From positions 160,001 through 224,000 of the forward strand of contig CAVSGP010000009.1 of NCBI GenBank assembly GCA_963727505.1: a DNA stretch of 64,000 nucleotides, written 5' to 3'. Each line of letters begins with the position of its first letter. Position 1 is the first letter of the stretch. The stretch is from an uncultured Trueperaceae bacterium (lineage in GTDB: Bacteria; Deinococcota; Deinococci; Deinococcales; Trueperaceae). Positions 19,680-34,947 of the stretch are shown here, in pieces. Made by a program: the position numbers and the translations under genes. The notes below the pieces were generated by a model. The model had not been told where the DNA came from. It saw only the letters and a program-made list of their open reading frames with translations, and searched no databases.

Positions 19680-19984
19680 GCGCAGCTCGAGCAGGGGACG
19701 CCCTGCGTCGTCGAGCGGTGCGTGCCCAACCTCGGATGCGGGCGGGGGCCGCTGGTCCCGTTCTCGGTCGCCGGCCGCGAGCGACCGGTGACGCTGGTGC
19801 GGCGTGCCGCCTGCCGTAGGCGGCGCAGGGTGGCGGCGAGCCAGCGCACTCCCCGCCCTGCACGCGCACTGCGACCGGCGGCACGCGCCTGCCGCAGCTG
19901 GCTGAGCTGGCGGGCCTCGCGGTCGCGGTCGTGTTGCAGGGAGCGGAAGAGCGTCTCGGTCGATGGGGCGTGTTCCAGGGGCAT
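19676..19984 (-). CDS. Small basic hypothetical protein (102 aa), first gene of the SDR-QueA-like-MBL operon
   Basis: GGAGG RBS; ATGA overlap with the SDR gene. Confidence 0.55.
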   Translation of the reverse strand: MPLEHAPSTETLFRSLQHDRDREARQLSQLRQARAAGRSARAGRGVRWLAATLRRLRQAARRTSVTGRSRPATENGTSGPRPHPRLGTHRSTTQGVPCSSCA

Positions 19985-20056
19985 GGTTGCACCTCCGATG
20001 AGGAAGTATCGTAGACGCGCCGGGAACGGCGCCTCGGCGGAGCGTCGCAGGGTCGC

Positions 20057-20074
20057 CTGCGACCAAGGTCGCAG
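20057..20074. promoter_or_regulatory. Perfect 8-2-8 inverted repeat (NarL/LuxR-type operator) between divergent genes
   Basis: CTGCGACC-AA-GGTCGCAG, plus extra half-sites GTCGCAG/GGTCGCC at 20044-20057. Confidence 0.6.
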
Positions 20075-20101
20075 ACCGCTCGCGCGAGGGAGGGGACGGA
20101 C

Positions 20102-20968
20102 ATGGATCGCTTGCAGGGACGGGTCGCGGTGGTCACGGGCAGCACACGCGGGCTCGGGTTCGCGATCGCGAGGGCGTTCGTGCGCGAGGGCGCCCACGTG
20201 GTGGTGAGCTCGCGCAGCGCGAAGGCCGTCGACGACGCCGTCGCCACGCTGGGCCCCGACCTGGTCGAGGGCGTGGTGGCCGACGTGACGTGCAAGCGGG
20301 ACCACGAGGCGCTGCTGGCCACGGCGCTCGAGCGCTTCGGGCGGCTGGACGTGTGGGTCAACAACGCTGGTGTCTCCGGCATCTACGGTCCGACGCCGGC
20401 CATCCTCGACGACGATTTCCTGCGCGTGCTCGACACCAATGTCCGCGGCGTGTACTTCGGCTCGATGGTGGCGAGCCGCCACTTCCTGGCCGGCGACGGT
20501 GGCAAGCTCATCAACATCCTCGGTAGGGGCGAGCGCGGCCCGGTCCCCAACCAGAACGCGTACGCATCCTCCAAGATCTGGGTGCGGTCGTTCACGCTGG
20601 CGCTCGCTCGTGAGACGCGCGGGCACGGCATCGGCGTGTTCGCCTTCAACCCCGGCCTCATGCTCACCGACCTGGTGGGGGAGGTGCGCGCGGTGCGCGG
20701 CTTCGAGACCAGGATGCGACCGTTCGCGACCGTCCTGCGGTTGTGGGGCGAGGATCCGGCGGTGCCCGCGGAGACCGTCGTCGATCTGGCGTCCACCGCG
20801 ACCGACGGCAAGACCGGCCTCACGCGTAGCATGCTGACCCCGTGGCGGATGCTGGCCGGCGTGGTCCGCGATCTGGTCCGGCGGTTGCGTCGCGAGCCCC
20901 CTCCCGCCATCACGCTGCAGGTAGAGAGCGCCGATCCGGTCGTCCCCATGGACCCCGCCGGGCGCTGA
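20102..20968 (+). CDS. Short-chain dehydrogenase/reductase
   Basis: 'TGSTRGLG', 'NNAG', 'YASSK', 'NPG'. Confidence 0.92.
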   Translation: MDRLQGRVAVVTGSTRGLGFAIARAFVREGAHVVVSSRSAKAVDDAVATLGPDLVEGVVADVTCKRDHEALLATALERFGRLDVWVNNAGVSGIYGPTPAILDDDFLRVLDTNVRGVYFGSMVASRHFLAGDGGKLINILGRGERGPVPNQNAYASSKIWVRSFTLALARETRGHGIGVFAFNPGLMLTDLVGEVRAVRGFETRMRPFATVLRLWGEDPAVPAETVVDLASTATDGKTGLTRSMLTPWRMLAGVVRDLVRRLRREPPPAITLQVESADPVVPMDPAGR

Positions 20969-20980
20969 AGCCGCCGCGAT

Positions 20981-21586
20981 CTACAGCCCGTGCTCCTTGG
21001 CGATGAGCACCGCCTGGAGCCGATCGTCCACCCCTAGCTTGGCGAAGACGTGGCCCGCGTGCGTCTTGACGGTCTTCTCGCTGATGGCGAGCTGCGCCGC
21101 GATCCGCTTGTTCGCCATACCCTGTGCCATCAACGTCAGCACTTCGCGCTCGCGTGGCGTCAGATCGCCGAGCGGATCGACGACGGGCACCGCCAGAGCC
21201 CGCACGGCGTCGGGGTCGAGCGGCACCTCGCCCCGCAGCGCCGCGCGAAGCTTGTCGAGCAGGGCGCTCGGCCCCGCGTGCTTGAGCAGGTAGCCGGAAG
21301 CGCCCTGGCGCATCGCCTGGCGCACCTTGGCCTCGTCCAGGAAGCTCGTGAGCACGAGCACGCGAGCTTGCTGTGCGAGCTCGTCGATGAGCGTCAGACC
21401 GCTGCCGTCGGGGAGTTGAAGGTCGAGCAGGACGAGCTCGGGGACTCGTTCACGGACGCGTTCGCGCGCCTCGGCCAGCGAGCCGGCCTCGCCGACCACC
21501 TCGAAATCCTCCTGGAGGTCGAGGAAGGCGCGGAGGCCCGCTCGCACCACGGGGTGGTCGTCGACGATCAGGACGCGTGTTGCCAT
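20981..21586 (-). CDS. NarL/LuxR-family response regulator
   Basis: REC domain 'VDDHPVVRAG...LLDL.LP'; HTH 'LTPREREVL...NKRIA..L.ISEKTVKTH'. Confidence 0.95.
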   Translation of the reverse strand: MATRVLIVDDHPVVRAGLRAFLDLQEDFEVVGEAGSLAEARERVRERVPELVLLDLQLPDGSGLTLIDELAQQARVLVLTSFLDEAKVRQAMRQGASGYLLKHAGPSALLDKLRAALRGEVPLDPDAVRALAVPVVDPLGDLTPREREVLTLMAQGMANKRIAAQLAISEKTVKTHAGHVFAKLGVDDRLQAVLIAKEHGL

Positions 21587-22722
21587 GGGACCTCGACGAG
21601 GATACGGGCGCCCCCGGCCGCGCGGTTCTCGAGTCGTAGCGCGCCCCCTGCGGCGGCGGCGCGGTCGCGCATTCCTGCCAGCCCGAAACCCCGGCCGATG
21701 CAGGCCGAGGGGTCGCTACCGAAGCCGACGCCATCGTCCTCGACCTCCAGGCGCAGGTGCGGCCCGGAGGCGGTGAGCCGCAGCCACAGGCTCTCGCCAT
21801 CCCCGTGCCGGAGGCTGTTGTGTACGGCCTCCTGGGCGATACGGTAGAGGGCCTCCCCCACCTCCGGGGGCGGCTCGAGCTCCACGGCCTCGAGGTGCAC
21901 CCGCTTCGCGGCGCGGGTGCGGTGGGCCAGCCGCGCGAGCGCGGCGTGGAGCCCGGCCGACAGGTCCGCCGGCCGCATCACCTCGACCAGCGAGCGCAGC
22001 TCGCCGAGCGCCGCACGAACCGCCTCACCGGCGTCCTCGACAGCGACCCGGCGGCGGTCGGCTTCGGGATGCCGGGCCGCGACGTTCAGCGACAGGTCGG
22101 CGGCGAACAGCAGCTGCGCCAACGAGTCGTGCATGTCCTGGGCGAGACGCTGGCGTTCCTCCAGGGTCGCGGTGTAGCGCGCGTGGCGGGTGCGCTCGTC
22201 GAGCAGGCGCGAGCGCTCGAAGGCCACGGCGAGCTGCCGGCCCACGGCCGATAGGAACGCCAGCGTCTCGTCGTCGAAGCGCTTCTCCCCGGGCGCCGCG
22301 AGGTTGAGGATGCCGACCGGCCCGTGACGTCCCGGCAGCGGCACGCTGGCATGGATCTCGAGACCGCCCTTGTCCCCTTCGGCGTCCCGCAGGCGGCTGC
22401 AGGTGACCATGTTGATGCCGCGGTCGAGCTGCCCTCGTCGCAAGAGCCGCTGGCACTCGCACCCCGCCTCTCGGAGCGGCTCCCGGTCGTCCCGCGCAAG
22501 CGCGGGAGGCACGCCGGTGGAGGCCGCGAGGCGGAAGGTGCCCTGGTGGGTGTCACCCTCGTCGACGTTGGACAGGAAGAGCCAGCAGGTGCTGAGGCCC
22601 ACGCGGGGCAGCAACCGGCGGAGCGCCTCGGGAGCCCCCTCCTCGAAGGTCGGTGCGGCGTTCAACACCTCGCCGATGGCGTTGAAGGTGGCGAGGCGTT
22701 GCAGGCGGGTGGGGGCCTTCAC
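21568..22722 (-). CDS. Cytoplasmic GAF-domain HisKA_3 sensor histidine kinase
   Basis: GAF domain with Cys residues (CEC, CSR); 'ERQRLAQDMHD', 'QEAVHNSLRH', 'DDGVGF', 'GFGLAGMRDR'; no TM helix. Confidence 0.93.
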   Translation of the reverse strand: MKAPTRLQRLATFNAIGEVLNAAPTFEEGAPEALRRLLPRVGLSTCWLFLSNVDEGDTHQGTFRLAASTGVPPALARDDREPLREAGCECQRLLRRGQLDRGINMVTCSRLRDAEGDKGGLEIHASVPLPGRHGPVGILNLAAPGEKRFDDETLAFLSAVGRQLAVAFERSRLLDERTRHARYTATLEERQRLAQDMHDSLAQLLFAADLSLNVAARHPEADRRRVAVEDAGEAVRAALGELRSLVEVMRPADLSAGLHAALARLAHRTRAAKRVHLEAVELEPPPEVGEALYRIAQEAVHNSLRHGDGESLWLRLTASGPHLRLEVEDDGVGFGSDPSACIGRGFGLAGMRDRAAAAGGALRLENRAAGGARILVEVPWQHAS

Positions 22723-22837
22723 GGGGCGAGTCTATCGTGGCGGCCCCGGGGTGGGAGCGGCTGTCGGACAAGCACCGACGGCGCGTGTCCAGGAGGGACC
22801 GACGACAGTACTGGCCGTAGCGGTCTAGCGTTGAGGT

Positions 22838-24373
22838 ATGGACCCGATGCCGAGGATCGAAGGGGACCGTGCCCGACCGCTCTACGGGCGGGGGGCGGAT
22901 GGTCGGCGAGCGTCCTGGTCTCCTTCGGTCCGCGCCCGGGTCGCGCTGGCGGTCCTGGCCCTGCTCGTGCTCCTGGGCACCCTGAACCCCGGCGCACGCG
23001 CCGCCGGCGCTGACATGGTGCTGTTCTGGGGGGAGGGATGCCCGCATTGCGAAGTGGCAAAGCCCTTCCTGGAGGGGCTGGCGGCCGATGAGCGCGTCAC
23101 GCTGCGCAGCTTCGAGGTGTACGGCGACGAGGCGAATCGCCGGCTCTTCGCAGCCGCCGGTCGCTCGTTCGGCTTCGAGGCCGGCTCGGTGCCCACCATC
23201 CTTGTCGGGGACGAGGTCTACATCGGTTTCTCCGACGCCGTGGCACGACGCGTCGAGGCGCGGGTGGCCGCCTGCCTGGAGCGGGGCTGCCCCGATCCTT
23301 GGCTACGCGTGGCCGAGGCCGCGGGGCTGCCGACAACGACGCCGGCAGCGCCGTCCGCAGCGCCGTCCGCAGCGCCGTCCGCAGCGCCCGCCCTCCCGCC
23401 GGCCGGCGGATCGGGCGCCGCCATGACCCCGGCCGGGCTCGAACCGCTCAGGCTGCCACTCATCGGCCCGGTCACGCTGGCGGGCCGCTCGGAGCTGGCG
23501 ACGACCGCCCTGATCGCTTTCGTCGACGGCTTCAACCCGTGCTCGCTGTGGGTGCTGTCGCTGCTGCTGGCCGTGGTGATCAACACCCGCTCGCGCCGCA
23601 AGGTGCTGCTCGTCGGCACGACCTTCCTGGTGGTCGCCGCGGGTGTGTACGCCCTGCTTCTGGCGGGGCTGGTCAATCTGCTGGCCCTGGTGTCGGTGCT
23701 GCCCTGGGTGCGCGTCGGCGTCGCCCTGATCGCGCTGGCCTTCGCGCTCGTCAACCTCAAGGACTACTTCTGGTGGGGTCGCGGCCCCTCTCTGACCATC
23801 CCGGAATCGAGCAAGCCCGGCATCTACCGGGGCATCCGGGGGGTGATGGCGCGCGAACGCAGCACCGCAGCCATGCTCGGCGCCACCGCCGCCATGGCGG
23901 CCGGCGTGACGCTCTTCGAACTGCCCTGCACGGTGGGCTTCCCCATGGTGTGGGCCGGCTTGATCGCGCAGTGGAAGCCGGGCGCGGCGGCGTTCGGGGG
24001 GCTGCTGCTGGTCTACCTGTTGGTGTTCCTCATCGACGAGCTGGTGCTGTTCGGCGCCGCGGTGGCGACGCTGCGTGTGACGCGCCTGGAGGAACGGCAG
24101 GGCCGGCTGCTCAAGCTGGTGGGCGGCATGGTGATGCTGTTCCTGGCCGCGGTCATGGTGCTGAGGCCCGACTGGATGAACGAGCTGTTGCCCGCAACGC
24201 TGGTGGTGGTGTCGGCGCTGCTGGCGGCCGGCGTCGTCCACCTGCTGGTCCGTCTGGCCGGGCGGCGTGGCGGGATGCCGCGGGGCGCCGCTACAACGGG
24301 GCCGGATCGTCGAAGTCCGGATCGCGCTTCGAGCGCAACGAAGCCACGCCCTCCCGTACGTCGGGGCCGGTGA
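22838..24373 (+). CDS. Glutaredoxin-like CPHC domain fused to a DsbD/CcdA-like transmembrane domain
   Basis: Signal peptide, 'GCPHC', 'VPTI', TM Cys pair 'DGFNPC' and 'ELPCT'. Confidence 0.85.
   Translation: MDPMPRIEGDRARPLYGRGADGRRASWSPSVRARVALAVLALLVLLGTLNPGARAAGADMVLFWGEGCPHCEVAKPFLEGLAADERVTLRSFEVYGDEANRRLFAAAGRSFGFEAGSVPTILVGDEVYIGFSDAVARRVEARVAACLERGCPDPWLRVAEAAGLPTTTPAAPSAAPSAAPSAAPALPPAGGSGAAMTPAGLEPLRLPLIGPVTLAGRSELATTALIAFVDGFNPCSLWVLSLLLAVVINTRSRRKVLLVGTTFLVVAAGVYALLLAGLVNLLALVSVLPWVRVGVALIALAFALVNLKDYFWWGRGPSLTIPESSKPGIYRGIRGVMARERSTAAMLGATAAMAAGVTLFELPCTVGFPMVWAGLIAQWKPGAAAFGGLLLVYLLVFLIDELVLFGAAVATLRVTRLEERQGRLLKLVGGMVMLFLAAVMVLRPDWMNELLPATLVVVSALLAAGVVHLLVRLAGRRGGMPRGAATTGPDRRSPDRASSATKPRPPVRRGR
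23345..23388 (+). repeat. In-frame 12-bp tandem repeat (GCAGCGCCGTCC x3.6) in a linker
   Basis: Encodes AAPS repeats. Confidence 0.9.
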
Positions 24374-25094
24374 AGCCCAGGAACTCGAGGGCGAGGCTCG
24401 TGTCGAAGGTGGGCCCCGCCAGCCGGTACCAGTTGTTCAGCGCGTACTTGGTCCAGCGCACAGCGCTGGCGCTGCCGGCGCGCAGGCGGCGTGCCACCGC
24501 CATCGCAGACTCGTCGAGCTCGGAGGCGTCGACGCACAGGCTGACGAGCCCGAGCCGCTCGGCCTCCTCGCCGGACATCGGCTCGCACGTCAGCAGGTAG
24601 TACTTCGCCTTCGCCATCCCGATCAGCAGGGGCCACACCGCGGCGGCGTGATCACCGGCCGCCACCCCCAGGCGTGTGTGCCCGTCGATGATGCGGGCGT
24701 CGCGCGCGGCGATCGACACGTCCGCAAGCAGGCCGGCCACCAGGCCGGCCCCCACGGCCGGGCCGTGGAGGGCGGAGACCACCGGCTTGCTGCAGTCGAT
24801 GAGGTTGCGAACCAGGTCGCGCGCCTCCTTCCAGACCCGCACCCGCGTGCTCCAGTCGTCGGCGATGCGCTCGACCATGTCCAGATCGCCCCCCGCTGAG
24901 AACCCCGCGCCGGCGCCGCGCAGGACGGCGACGTCGACGTCGTCGGCGGCGTCGACGTCGCGCCAGATCTCGACCAGCTCGCGATGCATCGTCTCGTCGG
25001 CGGCGTTGAGCCGTTCCGGGCGGTTCATGGTGATGAGGAGGATGCCCTCCTCGGGCCGCGTCACCTGCAGGCGTTGGTATCGATCGAAGGACAT
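24291..25094 (-). CDS. Enoyl-CoA hydratase/isomerase family protein
   Basis: 'NRPERLNA', 'FSAGGD', '[15 protein letters not shown]', 'AERLGLV'. Confidence 0.92.
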   Translation of the reverse strand: MSFDRYQRLQVTRPEEGILLITMNRPERLNAADETMHRELVEIWRDVDAADDVDVAVLRGAGAGFSAGGDLDMVERIADDWSTRVRVWKEARDLVRNLIDCSKPVVSALHGPAVGAGLVAGLLADVSIAARDARIIDGHTRLGVAAGDHAAAVWPLLIGMAKAKYYLLTCEPMSGEEAERLGLVSLCVDASELDESAMAVARRLRAGSASAVRWTKYALNNWYRLAGPTFDTSLALEFLGFTGPDVREGVASLRSKRDPDFDDPAPL

Positions 25095-25157
25095 GGTCCC
25101 CCTCCCGTCGTTGGAGCTTGCTTCCAGGCTACCCGCGACGGCGCTGGCTGCGCGGCC

Positions 25158-25436
25158 TCAGAAGTCGGACTCGTCGCGCCGGGGATCCGATCGCAGGAAG
25201 CGCTCGAACGCGTCGTCGTTGCTGCTCGTATGGCGGGTCACCCGGGCCTTGGCCCCGCGGACGTCGTCGTTGCTGGGGCGCGTGGCGGCATCGGGTGGGG
25301 GCTCTCGATGCTCGCGTACGGCGGGGGCGGGTGTGGCGCCGCCGTGGTCGTTCAGGGTGAGTGCGGCCCAGATCGCTAGGCTCGCCGCGATCACCAGCAG
25401 GAATCCGAGGAGGAGCATGACCACGAGTGCCGACAC
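25158..25436 (-). CDS. Small single-pass membrane protein
   Basis: One N-terminal TM helix; GTG 6 nt after -10-like TATCCT. Confidence 0.55.
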   Translation of the reverse strand: MSALVVMLLLGFLLVIAASLAIWAALTLNDHGGATPAPAVREHREPPPDAATRPSNDDVRGAKARVTRHTSSNDDAFERFLRSDPRRDESDF

Positions 25437-25496
25437 CCCCCCAGGATAGTCCAGCGCTTCATGCAAGGACAACGCGCGGCGGCGCGGGGGCCTCGC

Positions 25497-26513
25497 TCAG
25501 GCGTCCTCGGGTTGCTCCTGCAGGAGGCGGCAGAGGAGATCGTCGTCGATGTTCCCGCCGGAGATCACCAGCACGGTGGGGCCGGTGGCGAGGCTAGGTC
25601 CGTCGCCGGAGCCAGCCAGGAGGCGTTCGAGCGCGGCCAGCGTCAACGCTCCGGTCGGCTCGACCACGAGCCGGGCGCGGCGCGGGTACCAGGCGGCGGC
25701 CCGGCGGATCTCGACCTCGCGCACCGTTTGAACGCCGGCCAGGTGACGGTGCAGGATGCGGAAGTTGAGCTCGCCGATGCTCTGCGTGCGCACCCCGTCG
25801 GCCACCGTGCGGGTCACGTCCTCGGCGGGCCAGGCGATGCGTTCGCCCGCCAGCAGCGAAGCGTGGGCGTCGGCCGCGAGCTCTGGTTCGACCCCGATGA
25901 CGCGCGCGCCGGGGGCGCGCTGCGCCAGTGCCAGCGCCACACCGGCCGACAGGCCCCCGCCGCCGATCGGTACCAGCACGTTGGCAACGTCCGGGAGGTC
26001 CTCGGCGATCTCGAGGCCGACGGTGCCCTGGCCGGCCACGATCCAGGGGTGGTCGTAGGGGGGCACCAACGTTGCGCCCGAGGCCCGGGCGATCTCCTCC
26101 GCCGTCTCGTGCCGGGAGGCCTGCGTGTTCGCACAACGCACCACCTCGGCCCCGAGCGCGCGGGTGCCCTCGACCTTGACGCGGGGTGCGCCCTCGGGGA
26201 TCACGATGGTGGCGCTCACCCCGAAATGGCGCGCCGCGAACGCCACCCCTTGTGCATGGTTCCCGCTGGAGTGCGTCACGACCCCGCGCGCGCGGACCTT
26301 CTCGGGCAGCGAGGCGAGGAAGTTCAGCGCGCCCCGCAGTTTGAACGATCCGGTGCGCTGCAGGTTCTCCGGCTTGGCGTACACAGCGCCCCCGCCCGGC
26401 CCCTGGGCGTCGAGTCGGAGCAGGGGCGTACGCAGTGCGGCGCGCGCGACGTGGTCCTGGGCGCGCTCGAGATCGGCGAGGGTGGGGAACACAGGGGTCG
26501 CGTCGGGGCTCAT
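25497..26513 (-). CDS. PLP-dependent threonine/serine dehydratase (short, catabolic type)
   Basis: 'KPENLQRTGSFKLRGA', 'SSGNHAQG', 'GQGT', 'PIGGGGL', 'VEPTGA', 'SGGN'. Confidence 0.93.
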   Translation of the reverse strand: MSPDATPVFPTLADLERAQDHVARAALRTPLLRLDAQGPGGGAVYAKPENLQRTGSFKLRGALNFLASLPEKVRARGVVTHSSGNHAQGVAFAARHFGVSATIVIPEGAPRVKVEGTRALGAEVVRCANTQASRHETAEEIARASGATLVPPYDHPWIVAGQGTVGLEIAEDLPDVANVLVPIGGGGLSAGVALALAQRAPGARVIGVEPELAADAHASLLAGERIAWPAEDVTRTVADGVRTQSIGELNFRILHRHLAGVQTVREVEIRRAAAWYPRRARLVVEPTGALTLAALERLLAGSGDGPSLATGPTVLVISGGNIDDDLLCRLLQEQPEDA

Positions 26514-26627
26514 CCCATCAGTCTGCCACGGGCACGGCCGCGGGGGCGCTTCGGGCGCCGAATACACGCCTTCGCGGGCGATCGGGTGCGCTGAACGTCG
26601 GCCATGACGTCGCAACGGTGCATGGTC

Positions 26628-26656
26628 TTGACGAATCCCGCATAACTGCGTATAAT
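26628..26656 (+). promoter_or_regulatory. Near-consensus sigma70 promoter with no downstream sense CDS
   Basis: TTGACG-17 nt-TATAAT in an AT-richer patch. Confidence 0.8.
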
Positions 26657-26661
26657 GCATT

Positions 26662-26705
26662 CACATTAAGAGAACGGCGGGCGCCCGAGAGGCGCCTTCT
26701 TCTTT
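26662..26705 (+). ncRNA. Candidate ~45-nt small RNA ending in a terminator-like hairpin
   Basis: Follows the promoter; GGGCGCC-cgaga-GGCGCCT then TCTTCTTT; the next gene is convergent. Confidence 0.45.
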
Positions 26706-26759
26706 GGTCTGCGATCTGGTCTGCGAGGCCCGTGCAGGCGTGTCGATCAGGCGTGAGGA

Positions 26760-27728
26760 TCAGCCGTCGTGCTGGGCCAGGAAGGCCTCGAGCTCGTCGC
26801 GCGAAGGGAGTGCCGGGATGGCGCCCCGCCGCGTGGTCGTGAGCGCCGCGTAGGCGTTTGCGCGCCGCAGCGCGGCAACGAGTGCGTCTCGCGTCTTCTC
26901 CAGGCCGTCATTCTGCAACACGCTGGCGAGCAGCGCCGCGGTGAAGGCGTCGCCCGCGCCGGTGGTGTCGACGGTATCGACCCGGAAGCCGGCCACCTCC
27001 CCTTCGCCCTGACGCGTGAGGTACCAGGCGCCCGCGTCGCCGCGCGTGACCACCAACAACCGTAGCGCCTCGTGGCGGAGCGTCCGCGCCGCCGCCATGT
27101 CGCGCGCGCCGGTGAGGAACTCGAGCTCGTCCTCGCTGATCTTCACGACCTGGGCACGCCGCCACACGCTCCGGATGCCCTCCCGCGCGGCATCCGGCGA
27201 CGGCCACAGCGGAAGCCGCAGGTTGGCGTCGTACGACACCCAGAGTCCGTGCTCCGCCGCCAGGTCGAGCGCGCGCAGCGTGGCGCTGCGCGAGGTCTCC
27301 TGGATGAGGCTGATGCTTCCCACATGCAACATCGAGGCGCCCGCCACGTAGGCCTCGCTCACCTCTTCGGGACGATGCCGCATGTCCGCGCTCGGGTGCC
27401 GGTAGAACAGGAAGTCGCGTTCACCCGAGCTCGTGAGCGACACGAAGGCGAGCGCGGTGCGCGCCTGCGGGTCGAAGCCGACCTGGCTGACGTCCACCCC
27501 GTTGTCGCCGAGGACGCCGGTCAGGAAGTGCCCGAAGGGATCGTCGCCGACCTTCCCCATGAACCCCGTGTCGATGCCCAGCCGCGCGAGCCCCACGGCC
27601 ACGTTGGCGGGTGCGCCGCCGGGGGCCTTGATGAACGCCCGCGCGTCGGCCAGCGAACGGCCGTTCTCCTCGGGCACGAAGTCGATGAGCAGCTCTCCCA
27701 GGGCGATGGCCTGCGGTGAAGCGGTCAT
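26760..27728 (-). CDS. PfkB-family carbohydrate kinase (fructokinase-like)
   Basis: 'GELLIDF', 'PGGAPANVAV.LARLG', 'YDANLR', 'VDTTGAGDAF'. Confidence 0.93.
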   Translation of the reverse strand: MTASPQAIALGELLIDFVPEENGRSLADARAFIKAPGGAPANVAVGLARLGIDTGFMGKVGDDPFGHFLTGVLGDNGVDVSQVGFDPQARTALAFVSLTSSGERDFLFYRHPSADMRHRPEEVSEAYVAGASMLHVGSISLIQETSRSATLRALDLAAEHGLWVSYDANLRLPLWPSPDAAREGIRSVWRRAQVVKISEDELEFLTGARDMAAARTLRHEALRLLVVTRGDAGAWYLTRQGEGEVAGFRVDTVDTTGAGDAFTAALLASVLQNDGLEKTRDALVAALRRANAYAALTTTRRGAIPALPSRDELEAFLAQHDG

Positions 27729-28032
27729 GGCGCAAGGGTACCGCAGCCCGCCGCGTGCCTCCCACACGGAGGGGCGCGGCGTCGTGTGGGAGGGGCCCTT
27801 CGCGGGGACCCCGTGTTACAACGGAGGGCGCATGAAGGAGGTCCCGTGCGCGGTGGAGGCGCCCCTGCTCGCCGCGCGAACCGACCATGCCTAGGCACGA
27901 TCCTTCGCCGGCAGCCCCCCGGGCAGCCGGCACCCGTCCCCCACGGCCATGTTCACGCGAGGATCGCTGCGCGTTCCTTCGGGCGCGGAGCCGTCGCGCC
28001 GGTCCGCGGCTGCGGCGAGGCGGGGACAAAGA

Positions 28033-28101
28033 GGACAGGGGCCGAAAAGGATGGGGGCCGTAGAAGATGGGGCCGATGCGAAGAGGATGGGGGCCGATGC
28101 G
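28033..28101 (+). repeat. Degenerate purine-rich tandem repeat (~GGATGGGGGCCG x4) upstream of sucA
   Basis: ggacaggggccg / ggatgggggccg / agatggggccgatgcg / ggatgggggccgatgcg. Confidence 0.7.
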
Positions 28102-28119
28102 GCGCGCCGGAGTGAGGCC

Positions 28120-30921
<2,802 letters not shown>

Positions 30922-30952
30922 AGAGCCCCGGCACCGTGAGGAGCGATACGTC

Positions 30953-32314
<1,362 letters not shown>

Positions 32315-32317
32315 AGC

Positions 32318-33715
32318 ATGCCCAAGCACGACATCGTCATCATCGGTGCAGGACCTGGTGGCTACGTCGCCGCCCTGCGCGGCGCGCAGCTCGGCTTCGA
32401 CGTCGCGGTGGTGGAGAAGGAGGAGGCGCTCGGCGGCACCTGCGTGCGCGTCGGTTGCATCCCCAGCAAGGCGCTGCTGGAATCGAGCGAGCGCTACCTG
32501 GAGGCGCGGGAACACCTCGCCGAGCACGGCGTGGAGGTCAAGGAGGTCGGCCTCGATCTGACGACCATGCTCGAGCGCAAGACCCGGGTCGTTAAGCAGA
32601 ACACCGACGGGGTCGCCTTCCTGTTCAAGAAGAACGGGATCACGCGCTACCGGGGCACCGGGGAGCTGGCCGGCGGTCGCAAGGTGACGGTGCATGGCGA
32701 GGACGGCGACGAGGATCTCGAGGCGCAACACATCGTGCTCGCCACGGGCTCCGTGCCCGCGTCGCTGCCCGGGGTGGACTTCGACGGCGGCGCGGTGGTG
32801 AGCAGCACCGAAGCGCTCGACTTCCCGTCGGTGCCCAAGCGCCTGATCGTCATCGGGGCGGGGTACATCGGGCTCGAGCTGGGCTCGGTGTGGTCGCGCC
32901 TCGGCGCCGAGGTGACCGTGCTGGAGTACTTCGACCGCATCCTGCCGGGCATGGACCTGGAGACCGCCAAGGAGGCCCTCAAGGTCTTCCAACGTCAGGG
33001 GCTGGACTTCCGGCTCGGCGCGCGCGTGACCGGCGCGAAGGTGTCGGGTCGCGGCGGCAGCCGCAAGGTCACCGTCGAGATCGAAGGGGCCGAGCCGGTC
33101 GAGGCGGAGCGCGTGCTGGTCGCGGTCGGCCGCCGGCCAGCCACGCAGGGGCTCGGCCTCGAGAAGGCGGGCGTCGAACTCGACGACCGTGGGCGGGTGC
33201 GGGTCGAGGACGGCTTCCGCACCTCGGCAGAGGGCATCTACGCGATCGGCGACCTCATCGAGGGCCCCATGCTCGCGCACAAGGCCGAGGAGGACGGCGT
33301 GGCCCTCATGGAGCGCCTCGCCGGCAGCCCCGGCCACGTCGACTACGATCTGGTGCCGGGCGTCGTCTACACCGACCCAGAGATCGCCACGGTGGGGCGC
33401 AGCGAGGAACGCTTGAAGGAGGACGGGGTGCCCTACCGCAAGGGGGTGTTCCCCTTCACGGCCAACGGGCGCGCCCGGGCGCTAGGCAAGACCGGGGGGC
33501 GCGTGAAGATCCTCGCCCACGAGGAGACCGACCGTGTCCTCGGCGTGCATATCCTGGGTCCGCGTGCGGGCGACCTCATCGCCGAGGCGGTGGCGGCCAT
33601 GACCTTCGGTGCCAGCGCCGAGGACCTGGCGCGCACCGTTCACGCGCACCCGACGCTGTCGGAGGTCGTCAAGGAAGCAGCGCTGGCCGTCGACGGCCGT
33701 GCGCTGCACATGTGA
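32318..33715 (+). CDS. lpdA: Dihydrolipoamide dehydrogenase E3
   Basis: 'GAGPGGY', 'GGTCVRVGCIPSK', 'LAHKA', 'HAHPTLSE'. Confidence 0.97.
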   Translation: MPKHDIVIIGAGPGGYVAALRGAQLGFDVAVVEKEEALGGTCVRVGCIPSKALLESSERYLEAREHLAEHGVEVKEVGLDLTTMLERKTRVVKQNTDGVAFLFKKNGITRYRGTGELAGGRKVTVHGEDGDEDLEAQHIVLATGSVPASLPGVDFDGGAVVSSTEALDFPSVPKRLIVIGAGYIGLELGSVWSRLGAEVTVLEYFDRILPGMDLETAKEALKVFQRQGLDFRLGARVTGAKVSGRGGSRKVTVEIEGAEPVEAERVLVAVGRRPATQGLGLEKAGVELDDRGRVRVEDGFRTSAEGIYAIGDLIEGPMLAHKAEEDGVALMERLAGSPGHVDYDLVPGVVYTDPEIATVGRSEERLKEDGVPYRKGVFPFTANGRARALGKTGGRVKILAHEETDRVLGVHILGPRAGDLIAEAVAAMTFGASAEDLARTVHAHPTLSEVVKEAALAVDGRALHM

Positions 33716-33809
33716 GCCCGGTCTCCGGGCGGTCGACGCCCTCGCAGGGGACGTCGAACTGCAAGACAGCGACCCGAGACGCTGCTGGACGGGAGCTATA
33801 CTCGGCGCA

Positions 33810-34940
<1,131 letters not shown>

Positions 34941-34947
34941 GGCGACG

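Noticed and set aside
26634..26668. ArgR box over the orphan promoter
   Set aside because: The dyads match TGAAT-N4-ATTCA only loosely and with wrong spacing; kept only as an unspecified possible operator
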